A stretch of DNA of 64,000 nt from Chrysomallon squamiferum (taxonomy: Eukaryota; Animalia; Mollusca): assembly GCA_012295275.1 (NCBI GenBank), contig CM022665.1:14508001-14572000 (forward strand), given 5' to 3'. Below, one piece after another: positions 1 through 15,000 of this stretch (position 1 is the stretch's first letter; each line of letters opens with the position of its first letter). Under the pieces are notes generated by a model. The model was not told the DNA's origin. It worked only from the letters and a program-made list of their open reading frames with translations, and made no database searches. Made by a program: the position numbers and the translations under genes.

Positions 1-275
1 AATCATAAAAGATCTAAGTTCGATCGGATTGGCCAGGCTGTGTGCGAGACAATCAACAAAAGACGTGATTACGCTCAGGTAATGCGTAAATACTAGCCAA
101 GCATTTATGCATCACCCAAAATAATAACAATAATGAAAATAAAACACAGACCGCGTTTATTTCTTGTTCTATACAGTTGTCTGTGTGTATGCTTCGGCGT
201 GCTCGTTGCAATGACGACCGAACAGAGGTATCCAGCGTAACGTTTTCGTTACTGAATTCTTGTGCTTAAAAACTG

Positions 276-1315
276 ATGTTTGTAACGCCACAGAAGGCGC
301 GCGACGACAAAGGTACTGACGGTAGAGAAGATAAAACATCGACGACCACGACAACACTACAGCCTCGCAAGTGTTGGATAGGAGATTCGCATCCGTGGCC
401 GCCTGATGTTCCGATTTTGACTAAGGGAAGGGTAAGTGCCTCTGGGTCAGGATCTGCGCGGCCTGGGAGAAGAGTACCCACCCCGGTGCGGCAGGCAATC
501 AGTGGAGAATGGGCGCTGAAAGAGTGTGAGGTAAATATCTATATTTTTCTTTCTTTTTTTTTCTTTTCTTTTTTCTTTTTCTTTTTTTTTCAAAATTCTT
601 TATAACACACCTAACAAACATTAATATTAAGTGTTATTTGATACCTGTCAAACACAAATTTTGTTTATTTATCTATTTATTTATTTAAATCTCTTCAATC
701 TTCATTTGTACTTTGCATTTTGATATGCGTGAGTCTGTGCAAATATTTTTGTTCATATTTAGCACTGGGAAGCAATACTCAATACTATGACTGAAGTTTA
801 TATAACTTCGAAAATCTAACCTGCTACTTATAATTATGTTAATTCTTGTTGAGAAGTCATATTTCTTTCACGTTTCTTTTGTGACATGCAAGTCACACAA
901 TTATTTATGAAATGATTTATTCACCTTCTCGCAGGCTGTCATAGCGGGTGTTATGTTTGTAAATTAAACCTTAGTACATGCAACCTATGTTCATGCATGT
1001 CATTTCTGTGTCTGCAGTGTAAACTAAGCTGGTTTGGGGAACACTGAGAAGAAAACGAAATATTACCTGTCCTTTTTAAAACGCTGACTGTTTTACAACA
1101 TTAACTTTTGACCTCTCAAAACATCAAGATGTCGAAACATTACAAGGGGTTAACATTTGAGCTAGTAACACGCAGCTGCCGTTGCCCTTACCGTGTCAAA
1201 GAAATGAAATTGCAAAACAGATAATAATCTGAATAGGTCAAGACAAAAACGTAATGTTGATTGTAACTGTAGTGTGTATTCCTTGGTATTCCTCAGTTAT
1301 TTGGTAATGGGGGAC

Positions 1316-1385
<70 letters not shown>

Positions 1386-2418
1386 CACCACCACCACCAA
1401 GAAACAAACAATAATAACAATAATAACAATGACAATAATGATTATGATGATGATTATGATGATGATCAACTTAACATAGTTATAATTACAGGAGTAGTAT
1501 AGATACTGCTAGTTATATCAGTGGTTATATTCGTGGTGGTTATGGTAGTAGTTGTTACAGCAGTAGTAATGGCTATCACTGCTGCAGTAAAAACAGCATA
1601 AACAACAGAAGTAGTAGTGTTGATGGATATTATAGTGGTGGTTGTAATAATAGTCACAGTGGTGACTGTGCTGGTTTTAGTAATATAAGTCGTATTTTTA
1701 GTAGTAGTAGCAACAGCAGTGGTTGTTGTAGTAACTTTAATAGTAAGTGTAGTAGTATTTGTAATAGTATTTGTAGTAATAGTTGTACTAATAGTATTAG
1801 TATTAGTAGGAGTGGTGGTTGTAGTAGTAGTAGTAACAGTATCAGTACTAGCAGTGGTAATAACAGTGTTGGTAGCATTAGTAGTAATATCAATATCAGT
1901 AGTAGTAAATATTGTTATTGTTGTTGTAACAGTAGTAGTTGTAGCAACAATTACTGGTTGTAGCAGAAAAATATAAGAACAAGAACAATAATAACTCGGA
2001 GACGTAAGTCTTAAGAGATGGTCTTATTTGATAATGATGTATGATTATAAGGTCCTGCGTGTAATAAATAAGTCTCAGATTTAATACAGTTTGTATCGAA
2101 ACTAGTTCAAATGTCACTATCTATATATAATCTATACAAGCGATGTATTATCTATGCATGCTGTGAATTGCTGTGAAATGCCTCAGATTAAATCTTAAGT
2201 CGACATTCCAAAACTCTGTTGTAATATCTCGTACTATTATATATACTGTTATCTCGTGCACCGCGGTAAGTAAGCAGTGTATCGTCTGAACAAAATGAAC
2301 AACTGAAGCGGATATTGTTTGCTAAATAGTTAATGGCGTGGTCAGAAAAGATTTAATGGGTGGGGAGTAGATCGGCTGCTTCTTTATATATCTTTACTTT
2401 TATTTATTTTATTTTATT

Positions 2419-2466
<48 letters not shown>

Positions 2467-4901
2467 TTAAATAAAGAAAAAAGTTTTTGGTAAAATAAGA
2501 AACAAAATATCTCGCATTTGTACAGAAGATATTTAAAATCTGTTTAAAATTATTTGTTTGCATTTCTTTCGGTTGTTGTTATCATTATTGTTGTTGCTGT
2601 TATTATTATTGTTATTATTATTTTTATTATTATTATTTTTATTATTTATGTTATTACTGTTATTATTATTGTTATAATTAGTAGTAGTAATAGGAATAGT
2701 AGCAGTAGTAGTAGTTGTAAAAATAGTAGCAGAAGCAACAGCAACTGCAGTAACAGAGTAGTAATCGTAGTTGTTGTTGTTGCTGTGGTGATAGCCGTAG
2801 TAGTAGTAGTATTTATTTATTTATTTATATTATTCGGTTATATATATTTATCTATTTATTGTTATAACATTATGATTTTATATATAAATAGTTAGGTCCT
2901 CACATCCAGTTCCTTATTTAAAGTCTGTATTTCACAGACAGATCTTTTGCCGGAGTAAGCAATATGCATTAATCACTCTACATAAAATTAGCCAATACAA
3001 AGCAATGAAAATAGAAAGAAGATAAATTTTATTTAACGACGCACTCATTTTAAGCAAGGAAGGCATTAAGTGCATTGTAACAATGGCTAACGAGTTATTA
3101 ATTAATTAAGACTAATAAAAATCTCTCTGTACAAATTAGAGATTAACATATGAAAACTAATATCGTCTTGATTATCTTGCTCTGACCAGAGCATTAATTT
3201 TATCCATCGGGGCAACCAAAATGTATTTTACATTCAACAGACAGAGCAGCTGGAAACAGCAAGGTTTTGCGTCCATAGCGGTTGCGTTTGTATCTAAGTA
3301 AATTAAATATTAATACCTACCAAATCGTAACTAGTTCGCGCCTGTTAAAATATTCCGCACAAAATGAACCGGTAAGTGTTCGTCTGCTGCTCAGAGGAAA
3401 ACCTAATAGTTTGCATGCAGTTTGGTATTTATATTGTAATTATTTATAAGTGTATAAATGATTCAATAAATAAATGCAGTAAATCGCACATTAATAAGAA
3501 GATGTTACAGTGGAGATTACAACGTTTTTTTGTTGTTTTTTTTTTCTTTTTTGACTTGTACGTTCAGTAAATTGGAAATTTGCGTGAATATGATTTAATT
3601 CGAAATAAACTAAACTAACAAACAAGTCAGTAAACAAAGAAACAAATCAGAAAACAAAACAAAACAAAACAAACAAACAAACAAATAAATAAATATACCA
3701 GAAAAACAAAACAAAAACAAAATATAAATTCTTAAATGTCTTTTCCGTTCAATTTTCAAGAATGAGATTCATTCTAGCTTAAATACTGAAAACAAGTCGG
3801 AAGCGGGATCGATACCTTTGCAGTGACACATGGTGATATTATTCCTTTCTAATGAGTAATTCCATTAACGATAACTAACGATAGTAAAATGAAATTTGCA
3901 GTCTGTGTATTATAAACAATGGGGAAGCAATAACGTTGTGGTTAAGTGATTGAGTTCATGTTACTGAATGTATAAATACAGCGCGCGCGCGCGTGTGTGT
4001 GTGTGTGTGTTATATTATTATTATTACACATTATATATTATATATTAAGGGAATGTCTGTGAATGGACCAGCAGTATGCCTATTTACAAATATTTATAAA
4101 TTTGATTTGCATGCTGTGGAAATATTCGACAAAAAGATTGTTATAAAATAATGGTATGCATGGTCATAAAAGTTATTTCTGACAACAGAAATGAATGTTC
4201 TTTACGACTAATAAATTTATTTTTTCGTTATTTATTTATTTATTTACTAATTTAATTAAATCACACACACAAACTTAATTATGTTTTGACTGTGATATAA
4301 CAACAACAACAACAACAACAACAACAATAATAATAATAATAATAATAATAATGCTGCAATAAATTAATTTCAGTAAGTAGTTCATGTATTACATCATGGA
4401 ATCTTTAGATAAGAAAAAAAAAATTATTTTCAAGTTATGTTTAGTATTTCTCATTTCACTGTATTCGCTAGTTTCAAGAATTAGAACCGTTGGTCTTTGT
4501 TTTTAAACCGAAAATCCATTCACACGTTTGTTTTGTAGTACAGATCGGAGACAAGAAGTCTACGTAGATACGTTTTCAGTCATTTCGTCTGAACATGACT
4601 ACGCATTCACCAACTGTATTCATAACTACAGTTCTTTTTTGTACGTGGGAGATTCGGCAGTGTATGGTTCAAAGGTTTATGGTAGGCCATTCAGAGGGCA
4701 TGTCTTCTCTTCGCCTGTTTTTCTACTCTTTTTTTTTTTTTTTTGTTTCAGTACAGAACACTAGTTAAAATTAATATCTTATCTGTTCAAGAATCATAAA
4801 AAAGGTGATGAACTCGTTGTGGAGATTATAATTTCAAAATAATTTATTAGTGAAGTAATTATTCGTTTCTTATTATCTGTTATCATTATTTATTTATTTA
4901 C

Positions 4902-4941
<40 letters not shown>

Positions 4942-7015
4942 CATTATTATCATTTGGTCATTTATTATTAATAAATAAAATAAACTCCCACTAACGCACG
5001 CTGTCAGACATATATATAAACAAGTATTTTAATTTGATTATGTGTATTTGTTTCTTGACTTGCATACGAATTTGCTTGTGCATATGTATTTATGTTAGTA
5101 TGTGTATGTGTAATATATGAATATATATATACATATATGTCAGTAAATGCCTGTATATGTAAGTGTGTGTGTATGTCTCGGAAGCTAGGTCATTCTGTGT
5201 GAAGGATTTTTCACATTCCTTTTCCTGTTTCAAGAAACGACCCCACCTACTGAAATAGCACCTGTATGTAATATATATTACATTAACTGAAGCAGGTAAC
5301 ACGGTACACTCGAGTCACTGGCATTAATGTTCTTTTCGATTTTTCCACAATGGATTAGTTTTAAAAAAAAGAAAAAATATTTCAAAAGTTCTCTTCATAA
5401 TTCATTTAACACGACTGACTTCGGAATTTCTCATTTGTGACCTGAACTAAACAAATATTGATTTTAACCAGTCACTGCAGTGACAGAGCATATCACTCGG
5501 ATCTTTCAAACGAAATATTCTACGGAACATTAAACGAAAAAGGCAGGTTAATAAAAAGTGCTCGGTTTGTTTTGTCGGTTTTTATGGCATATTTTTCACT
5601 TATCAGATTTGAAGAGACGATTAAGATATGGTCAAATCGTTTTCGACATTAAAAACAGGATTAAGAAATCGACGGTAATAACTCAACGAGACCAAAACAG
5701 CGCCTTTGTGAGCTGTGTACAACCTTCTGGTACAGCGTACGACTTCTGTTTGTGTTCGTGAATAAACGGGGCTCGTTTTAAGGCCACCCGTTTATTTAGC
5801 TGTTGTTACGGAACCCGTATTTGTAAGCGTTGTGAGGTATCGTGTTACATACACGTCGGGGCATGTCAGCGGATTTATCGGGTAAGTGTATACCTGAATA
5901 AACTTCACCTGTAGAAGTTGTATCGACCTCGATGTAATAGGATAACAATACTGACGCGCTATATCTTGTTTTTAATTCGTTGTTTGAAAAAGACAGGAGA
6001 CAAAATTCCCGATTATTGGGGTACATTAATGCATCTGGGAGCCCTGTTTTAACGATGACGGTGAAGTTTAATTTCCTCGTATGTTAAAGAGAGCGAATCG
6101 TCTGGCGGTGTATAACTAATCGTGTACTGGTGTGTATATTTAGAGTTGTGTATTTTCTTGTGTATATATTGTTGTGTAGTCTATTTTGTATCATTGTGTT
6201 CAGCGTGAACCAAGAATACAAATGTAACCACAAAGGTAACCGACCAGATGCTGGGATACTTTCTGAATCATCCACAACACTGGTTGTATAGCTCATGTGT
6301 TGATATGTGTATATAGTTGTTATAAGTGCATTGTTGTGCATTACAGGGCAAAACTGGGGTGATTTATGTGTATCAAATAGTATTTTAGAAGTTTACAAAA
6401 ATCGTATACATAATTCAAAAACATTTTATGTTGGGGAATTGGCTCTTGCATTTGCTGTAAAATTTGTAACCTGTATTTATAGCCTTTGTTATTCACGTAT
6501 TACTGTGCATAGCATATCCAGCATTAATTCTTGAATTTACATTTTACAAGAAAACGTTTTTTGGAAAAATTATCTATTGCAGTAGCTATATGTTCATCAT
6601 GTATTAATTAATTATAGAGCCTAACAGCCGTTTTATACATCTTTTATTGCCAGCTGCGGATACCAATGACAGTAATAACATCTATAATAAAGTTCACAAA
6701 CGTGATCTACATTTTACAAGAAAAATTTTCTTCGACGAATTATTTATTGCACTAGGTGTATAGTCTATCAAGTAGTAATGACTTTCATAGTTAAAGTTGT
6801 TACACATATTCTATTGTGTTTGACGGATACCAGTGACAATAATAACAAACGTTATAACAAATTTTTCGAGTGCGAATTATGTGTATCAATAGCTGCATGG
6901 TCTATCAAGTATTAATTTTATTATCCTCATTGTTGTTATACATCTTTTTCTGTGTACAGCGGACACCAGTGAAAACAAATTAAGCAATAGTAACTTGTAT
7001 TAAAAAAGAATATAC

Positions 7016-7073
<58 letters not shown>

Positions 7074-7545
7074 CAAAAAAACGAAGAAGAAGAATAAACT
7101 CTTTTACAACGTGACCTACACGTTACAAGGAAACCTTTCTTGGACAAATTATCTATTGCAGTAGGTGTGCATTCCATCACGTATTAATAAATTATATACT
7201 TGTTATATATTTATATACTGTTCTATTATTTTTGCTGTGTATAGCTGATACTAGTGACAATAATAACGTCTATAAAAGACTTTACAAATGTGTTACAGGA
7301 ACATACTACCTGGGCGAATGAACTGCTACAGAAAAACAAATACCCGCTGATTGGAGACTTACGTAAAGGTCTAGCTGATGGTGTTACTTTAGTCACACTC
7401 ACAGAGCTAACAAGTAAGTGATTTGTACTATCCTTTACCTGTTATGTCTTCTTACTTACTTACCTAATTAATTAACGATATCTATATCTGTATATAAAAG
7501 CATATATATATATATGTATATACACACACTCTCATATATATAGTT

Positions 7546-7593
<48 letters not shown>

Positions 7594-9397
7594 GTATATG
7601 TATGTATGTGTTTATGTATGTCTTTGTGTGTGTGTATAGGTGTTTGTGTGTTTACATATATGAGTGTCTTTATGTGTGCATGCGTGTGGATCTATATAGG
7701 TAAATATATATTCATGTGCTTACATTCCTAATATATTTGTCTCTCTGATATATATTTCTCGTTGTAGGTGTATGCATCGTAGTTTATCGTAGTATTACTA
7801 AAAACCAAATTTTTTACACAATAACCTTATATTCAGTGCATTCATTTTAAGAGTAAAAACATATCTAGTGTTATGTCAGTTCTGCTTGTTTATTAGTTTA
7901 ATAATTTTTAATTTTTTTAATTTTTTTAAACTGTATGGAAATACTGAGAAAATGTACTTTGTTTCCTTGTCATTATTCTGATGATCTTTTCCCATTTTGT
8001 CCGTTATCATCATCATCATCATCTTCTTCTTTTTCTTCATGTATCCGTATTTTTATTTGTCTGTTAACCAGATTTAAAGTAAATTATGTTTGACTAGTGT
8101 GGAGGGACGTTTCAAGTTAAATGTCACAGCCAGGATTCTCAAGTTCTTAAATGTTTTTTTTTTTTTTTTTTTTTAAAATAAAGTAAAAACTTGAAACTCG
8201 TAGATTGAAAGGTTGAGGTAAAAAAAAAAAAAAAAAAAAAAAAAAATGGAAGAAAAAGAAAAGGAAAACAATAATAATAATAAAAAACCGTTAACACTGA
8301 GAAATTTTTTTAAATTTTGTTTTATAACTAATGGCACATTTCTTTATATGTTTTTCTTTCACTTGATTTAAGTAAGTATTATTAATTGTTCATTTCATAC
8401 ACTATTCTTAGCAATATTAGTCTTGGTTTCAGTGTTAAATTTGAAGGAATGTTTTAAACAAGAATTTATGTAGTTCATATACATATTTGTTTGACTGTAA
8501 CAATAAAATTAATTATAAAGAAAGAAAATAAGTTTTTCATAGATAAATGTTTGCGTCTGTTTTGTGTTACGTGCATTTCTTAAACGCTGATGTGTAAGAA
8601 ATATCAATACGGTGAAGAAGTAACTAGAGACGGACAACAATAAATTGTATGTTAATTTATTAACACGTGAAGAATCACATAAAATAATGTTATAGTATGT
8701 ACATCGTTTAGTCTACAAAGTCAAAATAAAAAAAAAAAAAATAACAACAACAACAACAACAACATTAACATAAATAAATAAATTAAATGAAAAATGAAAA
8801 CGAAGAGAAAGAAGTTCATAAACAAATCCCAGGTAAATAAATAAATAAATAAATAAATAAACAAATAAATAAATAAATAATAACGAAAACAGCAATAACA
8901 ACAAAAACAAACAAACAAAGGAAACCAAAAATAATAATAACGTGAATATGGTATTGGAAATAATGTTATATTTGGTGCAAGCTATCCAATCACTAAGTCG
9001 CTTTTCGCTCGTCTTAATATCGAGCAGACGTCACGTAATGAGGATATGGTCGCAGTTGTGTCTATTAGTCTTACAGAACGATTACTAGTTACACACTTGA
9101 GATGACAAAGACTTAAGCTGTTTGTGGTATAACTGGAATGGCGTGAGCTTTTTATAATACGCAGGATGTTTGGTCTGTTTAAATAAGTGTACAGGAGATA
9201 GTGCTGAAACAGATTTATATTTCGTGTTTATCTATGTGTGTCTGAACGTATGGCTTAAATGTTATTATATTTTTATATTAATATTTTTATATTATATTAT
9301 ATTATATTATTGTTATATTACGTTATATTTATTATTATCATTATCGTCGTCGTCATCATCATCATCATCATTATAATTATTATTCATTTTTATTATT

Positions 9398-9429
<32 letters not shown>

Positions 9430-10209
9430 CCTTTTTTTATCTCTGTACCAGAGTAATGCAAGCCCTTTATACATGTGTAAATATTTTGGCGTAAGGTTGC
9501 TCTTAAAATATGTCTGTTTCTCTGCACGTATGTGTGTCAATGTGTCTTACAACGCTTGTTTTAAATTAGGTGCAGCACCTAAACAAAATTTATCCTGTCT
9601 AACTATTCATTTTCTCTTTGTACTTTTTGGTTTTGAGACGCCTTTACCCTTATATCATGTCTTTTTCTGCCTGCCCACCCAGTGGCAGATCCATACATTT
9701 TTATGGGTGGGGGATGGTCATGCGATATCGTTCATTGAAGGTGAATCAGAATAAAATGTGCAGACGCCAGTGAAATGACACAGTCTGTCTGCCAACATAA
9801 TCTACCTATCTGTTATCTATATTTCAGTATGTCTGTCCGTCCGTCTACCTATCTGTCTGTCACACACACACACACACGGACAAATATTCGCAAAATGACA
9901 AATATATTATAAATATTCAAAGTGTACGAACACACACTGACTATGTATTTTTCCTGGTAAATGAATTATTAGACATTTCAAAATAAGTGAACAAAACTTT
10001 ATCAGCTGTGGGAAATGCAAGGCACCTCTGTATACTCTTAGTTTCGCGCCTGTCTCTCTCTCGATCGCCTAATAGTTTCTGGGAGATACTTGTCATGTTG
10101 TCAAGGTAGAGAGATAACTACGTGTATTTTTAGCCATATCACTTGAAAACACTGTATATTACTCTGTTTGATTTATAGAGCTTTAGGATTGACGCTTTCA
10201 GAAGCTTTT

Positions 10210-10272
<63 letters not shown>

Positions 10273-10811
10273 TATTATTATTAATTTGGTTTCGTTATTG
10301 GTTCTGGTATTGAAAAAAAAAAAAAAAAAAATATCTAAGGATAATCATACACATGAAAAAAAAAAAAATAATAATAATAAAATAAAATAAAAATAAATAA
10401 AAGATAAAAATACTTGTATGTTAAATAATGTCAATTATTTTTATTCATTTATTTATTTATTTTAAGGTTATAAATAAATAATCAATAAATAAATAAATTT
10501 AAGAAACAAATAATTAATATAAGGTTACTGTGAAGCAGCAGTTGAAGCTGTAGTAGTAGCAGCAGCAGACCCAAAAGACTATGGAATAACTACAACAACA
10601 CCAAAAATAAATAAAAAGAACATCAGTACAATTATCTGACGTTATGATGTTTGTTTATTATCAGTACAATTCTAAAAATATTTCCCTATCAGTCAGCTAT
10701 TTATTTATTTATTTATTTATTTTAGATACATAAATACATTTTTATTATTTTTTAATTTTAGTACGTAAGTGTTTGATGAAGTTGATTGTTTATTTTATGA
10801 AATAAAAATAA

Positions 10812-10850
<39 letters not shown>

Positions 10851-12050
10851 ACAGATAAAATAAATAATGGAGGAAAAAAATTAAGAAAAGACAAATATCA
10901 GGTCCCACTAATGTTAATCAACAACAATGACTATCAAAATTTGTTGTCAGTATATCTTAGAAACAATTATTCAGAATAAAGCAATAGCTGTCATTTATCG
11001 TTTAACTGTTTTATATCATTGTCATTTGATATACTCTTTGTTTTTTACGGGTCTGGCATTTATCTAAGTATTTATATTATAGGCGTGCGTGATTGACATT
11101 ACAGACAGAACAAAGACGTCATAGCGTATATAAAGTAACAGTCGTTGTAAACAATTATGTTCATTTTTGTTCAAGATCATAGACATCGTATACACTAGTC
11201 CAGTGGGTGGAGGCGACACACCTATTATTGCTGTTATATGATATTTATTTGTTTTCATTTATTTATTGTTGTAATTATTGTTGACGAAAGACAAAGAATA
11301 GCGTGCTTCGTGGGAAGCGATGATTACTCTCGGTTATTGAGCAACTTTTTTAAGGTTGTCTCGGTGGCCGAACGGTAACATCGGCCAGTTTCGGAGTGCG
11401 GGCGAATGGGTGCCATACGTTCGAGTCTCGTCAGCGGCATCTGACGGGGTTAGTGGGGTTGTCATTGGACTTTGTCTTTCTCTGCCAGTGCGTTCTTGAA
11501 TATTGTCTAATCAGACGTACATGACAGAGAATATTCAAAATCCTAAAATACGTACATAAGTACATGCACATATATGCACATACGCAATCATACTTACCTA
11601 TCTACCTAAGCACACACACACACACAAAAAAAAAACAACAACAAAAAACTCCACGTGACGTGCAATACTTTGACATATGGTACTGCAGACTGACACACTT
11701 TCCGGTGCAACTTGTTGATGTAATTAAACATCTGACAGTTCTGCTGTTTTCTTTATGTCACTCTTTTATTCCATTCTTATTTTCTGTCACGCTATCAGAT
11801 TAGTTTTAAGTTAGACTTTTTGTTAAAATACACACGAAGGCTGCAAAACAAAGATGTCTCAACAATTAATGGCCAAGGTTTGAAGCAGTTACCTGTAATG
11901 TACTGTAATCTGCTGGGTGATAATAAAGAATTCAAACTCGGAAAATTACTTGACAAAAATAGTAAAACAACAACGACGACAACATCATTAAAAAAGTAAA
12001 CAAATAACAACATACACATACGCTGGAAATAATAAATGATTAAAATATAA

Positions 12051-12097
<47 letters not shown>

Positions 12098-15000
12098 TAT
12101 AATAATAATAATAGTAGTAGTAGCATCTAATTTCTAAACTCAGCCTACAACAGATCGTATTTTGCATTTGTTAATTTAAAATTGTGATGACGTCATATCA
12201 TTTAAATGACCTAATTGTTTTACAGCTTCTATTCCTGTTGCCAAGTGTGAACGTCATCCAACCTCTTCTGTCCACTGTCTGGAGAACTTGAAACGGTGTT
12301 TGACTCACCTTGAGGAGAGAGGTGTCGACATTGCAGGAATTTCAGCAAAAGGTAAGACACTGTTGTGTAAAATAGCTCGTCTGAAAAACACGTAGACAAC
12401 GTTCAAAAACTAACGCGAAAGAGCAATATTTTGACGCCAGTGAAAATAAATTAATTTAACTTGAGGAGAGAGGTGTCGTCATAGCAAAAAAAAAAAAAAA
12501 AAAAAAATATTTTATTTTATTTTATTTTTTTATTTTTATATTTTATTTTATCGCTGTACATTAACTGTCCTGACAAACCACTAAAGTTTAGTGTCTTACG
12601 CAAAACAGCTTTATTTTGGCGCAAGTGAAAATAATAATTGTAACTTACCTACAGGAGAGAGGTGTTGACACTGCAGGAGTTGGTAACGCCAATATTTGAA
12701 ACAGCTCACCGGAATGAATATGATGTTGACACTGCTTAATAAGTCATTGTAGATAAAAAAAATCTGTTACAGTAGTGATGATGTAAAATGGTATAATTTA
12801 ACTCGCCTTAAGAAGAGAACTGCTGACGTTTGGAAAAACTGGTGTACATCAGTGTCGTTATGTTAAAGTAAAACTCGCCTTAGGGAGAGAGATGTCAATA
12901 GTTATCGAATTAGAAAACAGGTTTAAAAACTCAGTAAAATCCGGTTAATATGGTGGAATTGTTCATTTTTAAATTACAATGCGTCCTGTCTTGAAATATC
13001 TGTCGGACATAAAATATAAATATGAAATAAACTAATGGTTTAAAACTTTATATAGGTGGAAATATTCAGTTTTATTGGTGAAAAGCTGCAGATTGTACTC
13101 TATGGTGGTTCTGACTAAAAAATAAAACCTGTTTTACATTATTATTTAGACAGACATTCATTATTTCATTTTCAAGAAATAAAGATGCCTCATTAACAAA
13201 CGTCTGTTTAAAACATTTTTTTACATTATTTTATTATTTTCCCGTTTTAATTAATTTATTTATTGGTGTTGTTGTTGTTGTTGTTATTGTTGTTATTATT
13301 ATTAGCAGTAGTAATATTAATATAGTAGTAGTAGGAGGAGGAGGAGGAGCAGTAGTAGTAGTATTTATTTATTTAGTTAGTTATTTTCATATGATGTTAG
13401 ACGCACATTATATGTAGATGCTGTGAAATAAATGTTTTGTATTATTTATTTGTTTTTCAGATATTGCTGATGGAAACCTTAAATCAACGCTAATACTACT
13501 TGGAAATATTCGTAAGAAATATGATGTAAGATTTATTAAAAATGGTAATTAATGAACAAGTGTCTACATTAATGTGCGCTCGCGTATTTGCATATGTTTT
13601 TATTTATAGACTGCTTTTACTAATAGCAATAAACGTTCGTTTTCTTCCCATAAGCAAAACAAAACAAAACAAAAACAAACAAACAAACAAACAAACCAAA
13701 GTATTGTCTTATTACATCAATATTAACGACATAAGCTGAATTTGAAAGTTAAAAAAAAAAAAAAAAAAAAAAAATGGTAGTGATTACGATAGTGAAAATA
13801 GATATACATTCCCTGACGTACGTAACTTAATCAGACTTCAAAACCCTACAAACGTCTAATCGTATGTATACCTAAGGAAACTCTGTACAGTGTTACTGTC
13901 GCAGACACATATCAGTACCAGTTGTTTAATAAAATAAAAATAATAATGATGATGATGATTTTGATGATGATTATGATGATGATGATGATAATAATAATGA
14001 AGAATAAAAAGAAAAATAAGAATCGCTATGAAAGTACTGATCTAAGTAAGTAAGTGTTTCTACTGTTAATTTGAACAGAGACAAATAAATGGATTGAAAA
14101 TAAACGATGCAAAGTCGTCTTTATTATTGCAAAACGGTCACGAGTTGGAACTAGAAATATAACAACTCATACAAATACAGTAAAAGAAGAAAAATTCAGA
14201 TGTTTTTATTGGTACATCATTTCAATAATTACTCTTTATCATAAATCGACTGAATATAGTTCCTCTCTGAAAACTGTAATGTTTGTTCTTTAAGAAAAGG
14301 AAATATTTAGAGAGCATACTATTTAAAACTTTTGAAAAAAACGATAGAACTTCAAATTAATATTTTTAATTGTTTTTCTTATTCTTACTTATTTCTTATC
14401 TATTTTATTTATTTATTTGCTTTCATTTTCATTTTTTCTTTTTCTTTCTCTTTCTATTATTTCTGTTTTTATCGTACCTGTTATTTGCAGCAGACGTACG
14501 GTGAAAGATCTGATGGAGACGGCGGGGTAGCTCCACCCCCTGGCGAACCAGCAAACCAAAGCATGCCGGGAAGACTCTTCACTGAGGGAGGTACGGCAGT
14601 CTCCAGAGGTCCTCCCACCCCTGTGAAACGAGGTAAATATAGATTTAATAAATAAATAAATAAATAAATATAGGAAAGAAAAATAATAAAATGAGAGAGA
14701 GAGAATACGATTACCATTAAAAAGATTTAAAAAAATAAAATTAAATAATAATAATAATAATGATGATGATAAAAATAAGACATCAACATTCCTACATTAT
14801 GCTGAATTGTGTTGATTATAGATGTGTTTTCTTGCAGACACACCCAGCTCGGTACAGAGGGAGGTTAATTTTGGTTATTATTCTCCGACTGCAGCTCAGA
14901 GAATGATTCCTGGAATGATTGGTGGCGAGGAGACAACCCCGAGACCTTCTTCAGCTTTACCTTTCATGGTTGGTTGGAGATATATAGCGTGCCAGGAGGG

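Noticed and set aside
1238-2895. Hydrophobic 'membrane protein-like' ORFs (poly-L/V/I/T)
   Set aside because: Translations of trinucleotide microsatellites. The same applies to ORFs at 8713-9456, 10208, 29462-30098, 32895-33155 and 58386-59091.
11358-11440. Functional tRNA gene
   Set aside because: A and B boxes are present but the acceptor and anticodon stems do not pair cleanly; treated as a SINE head.
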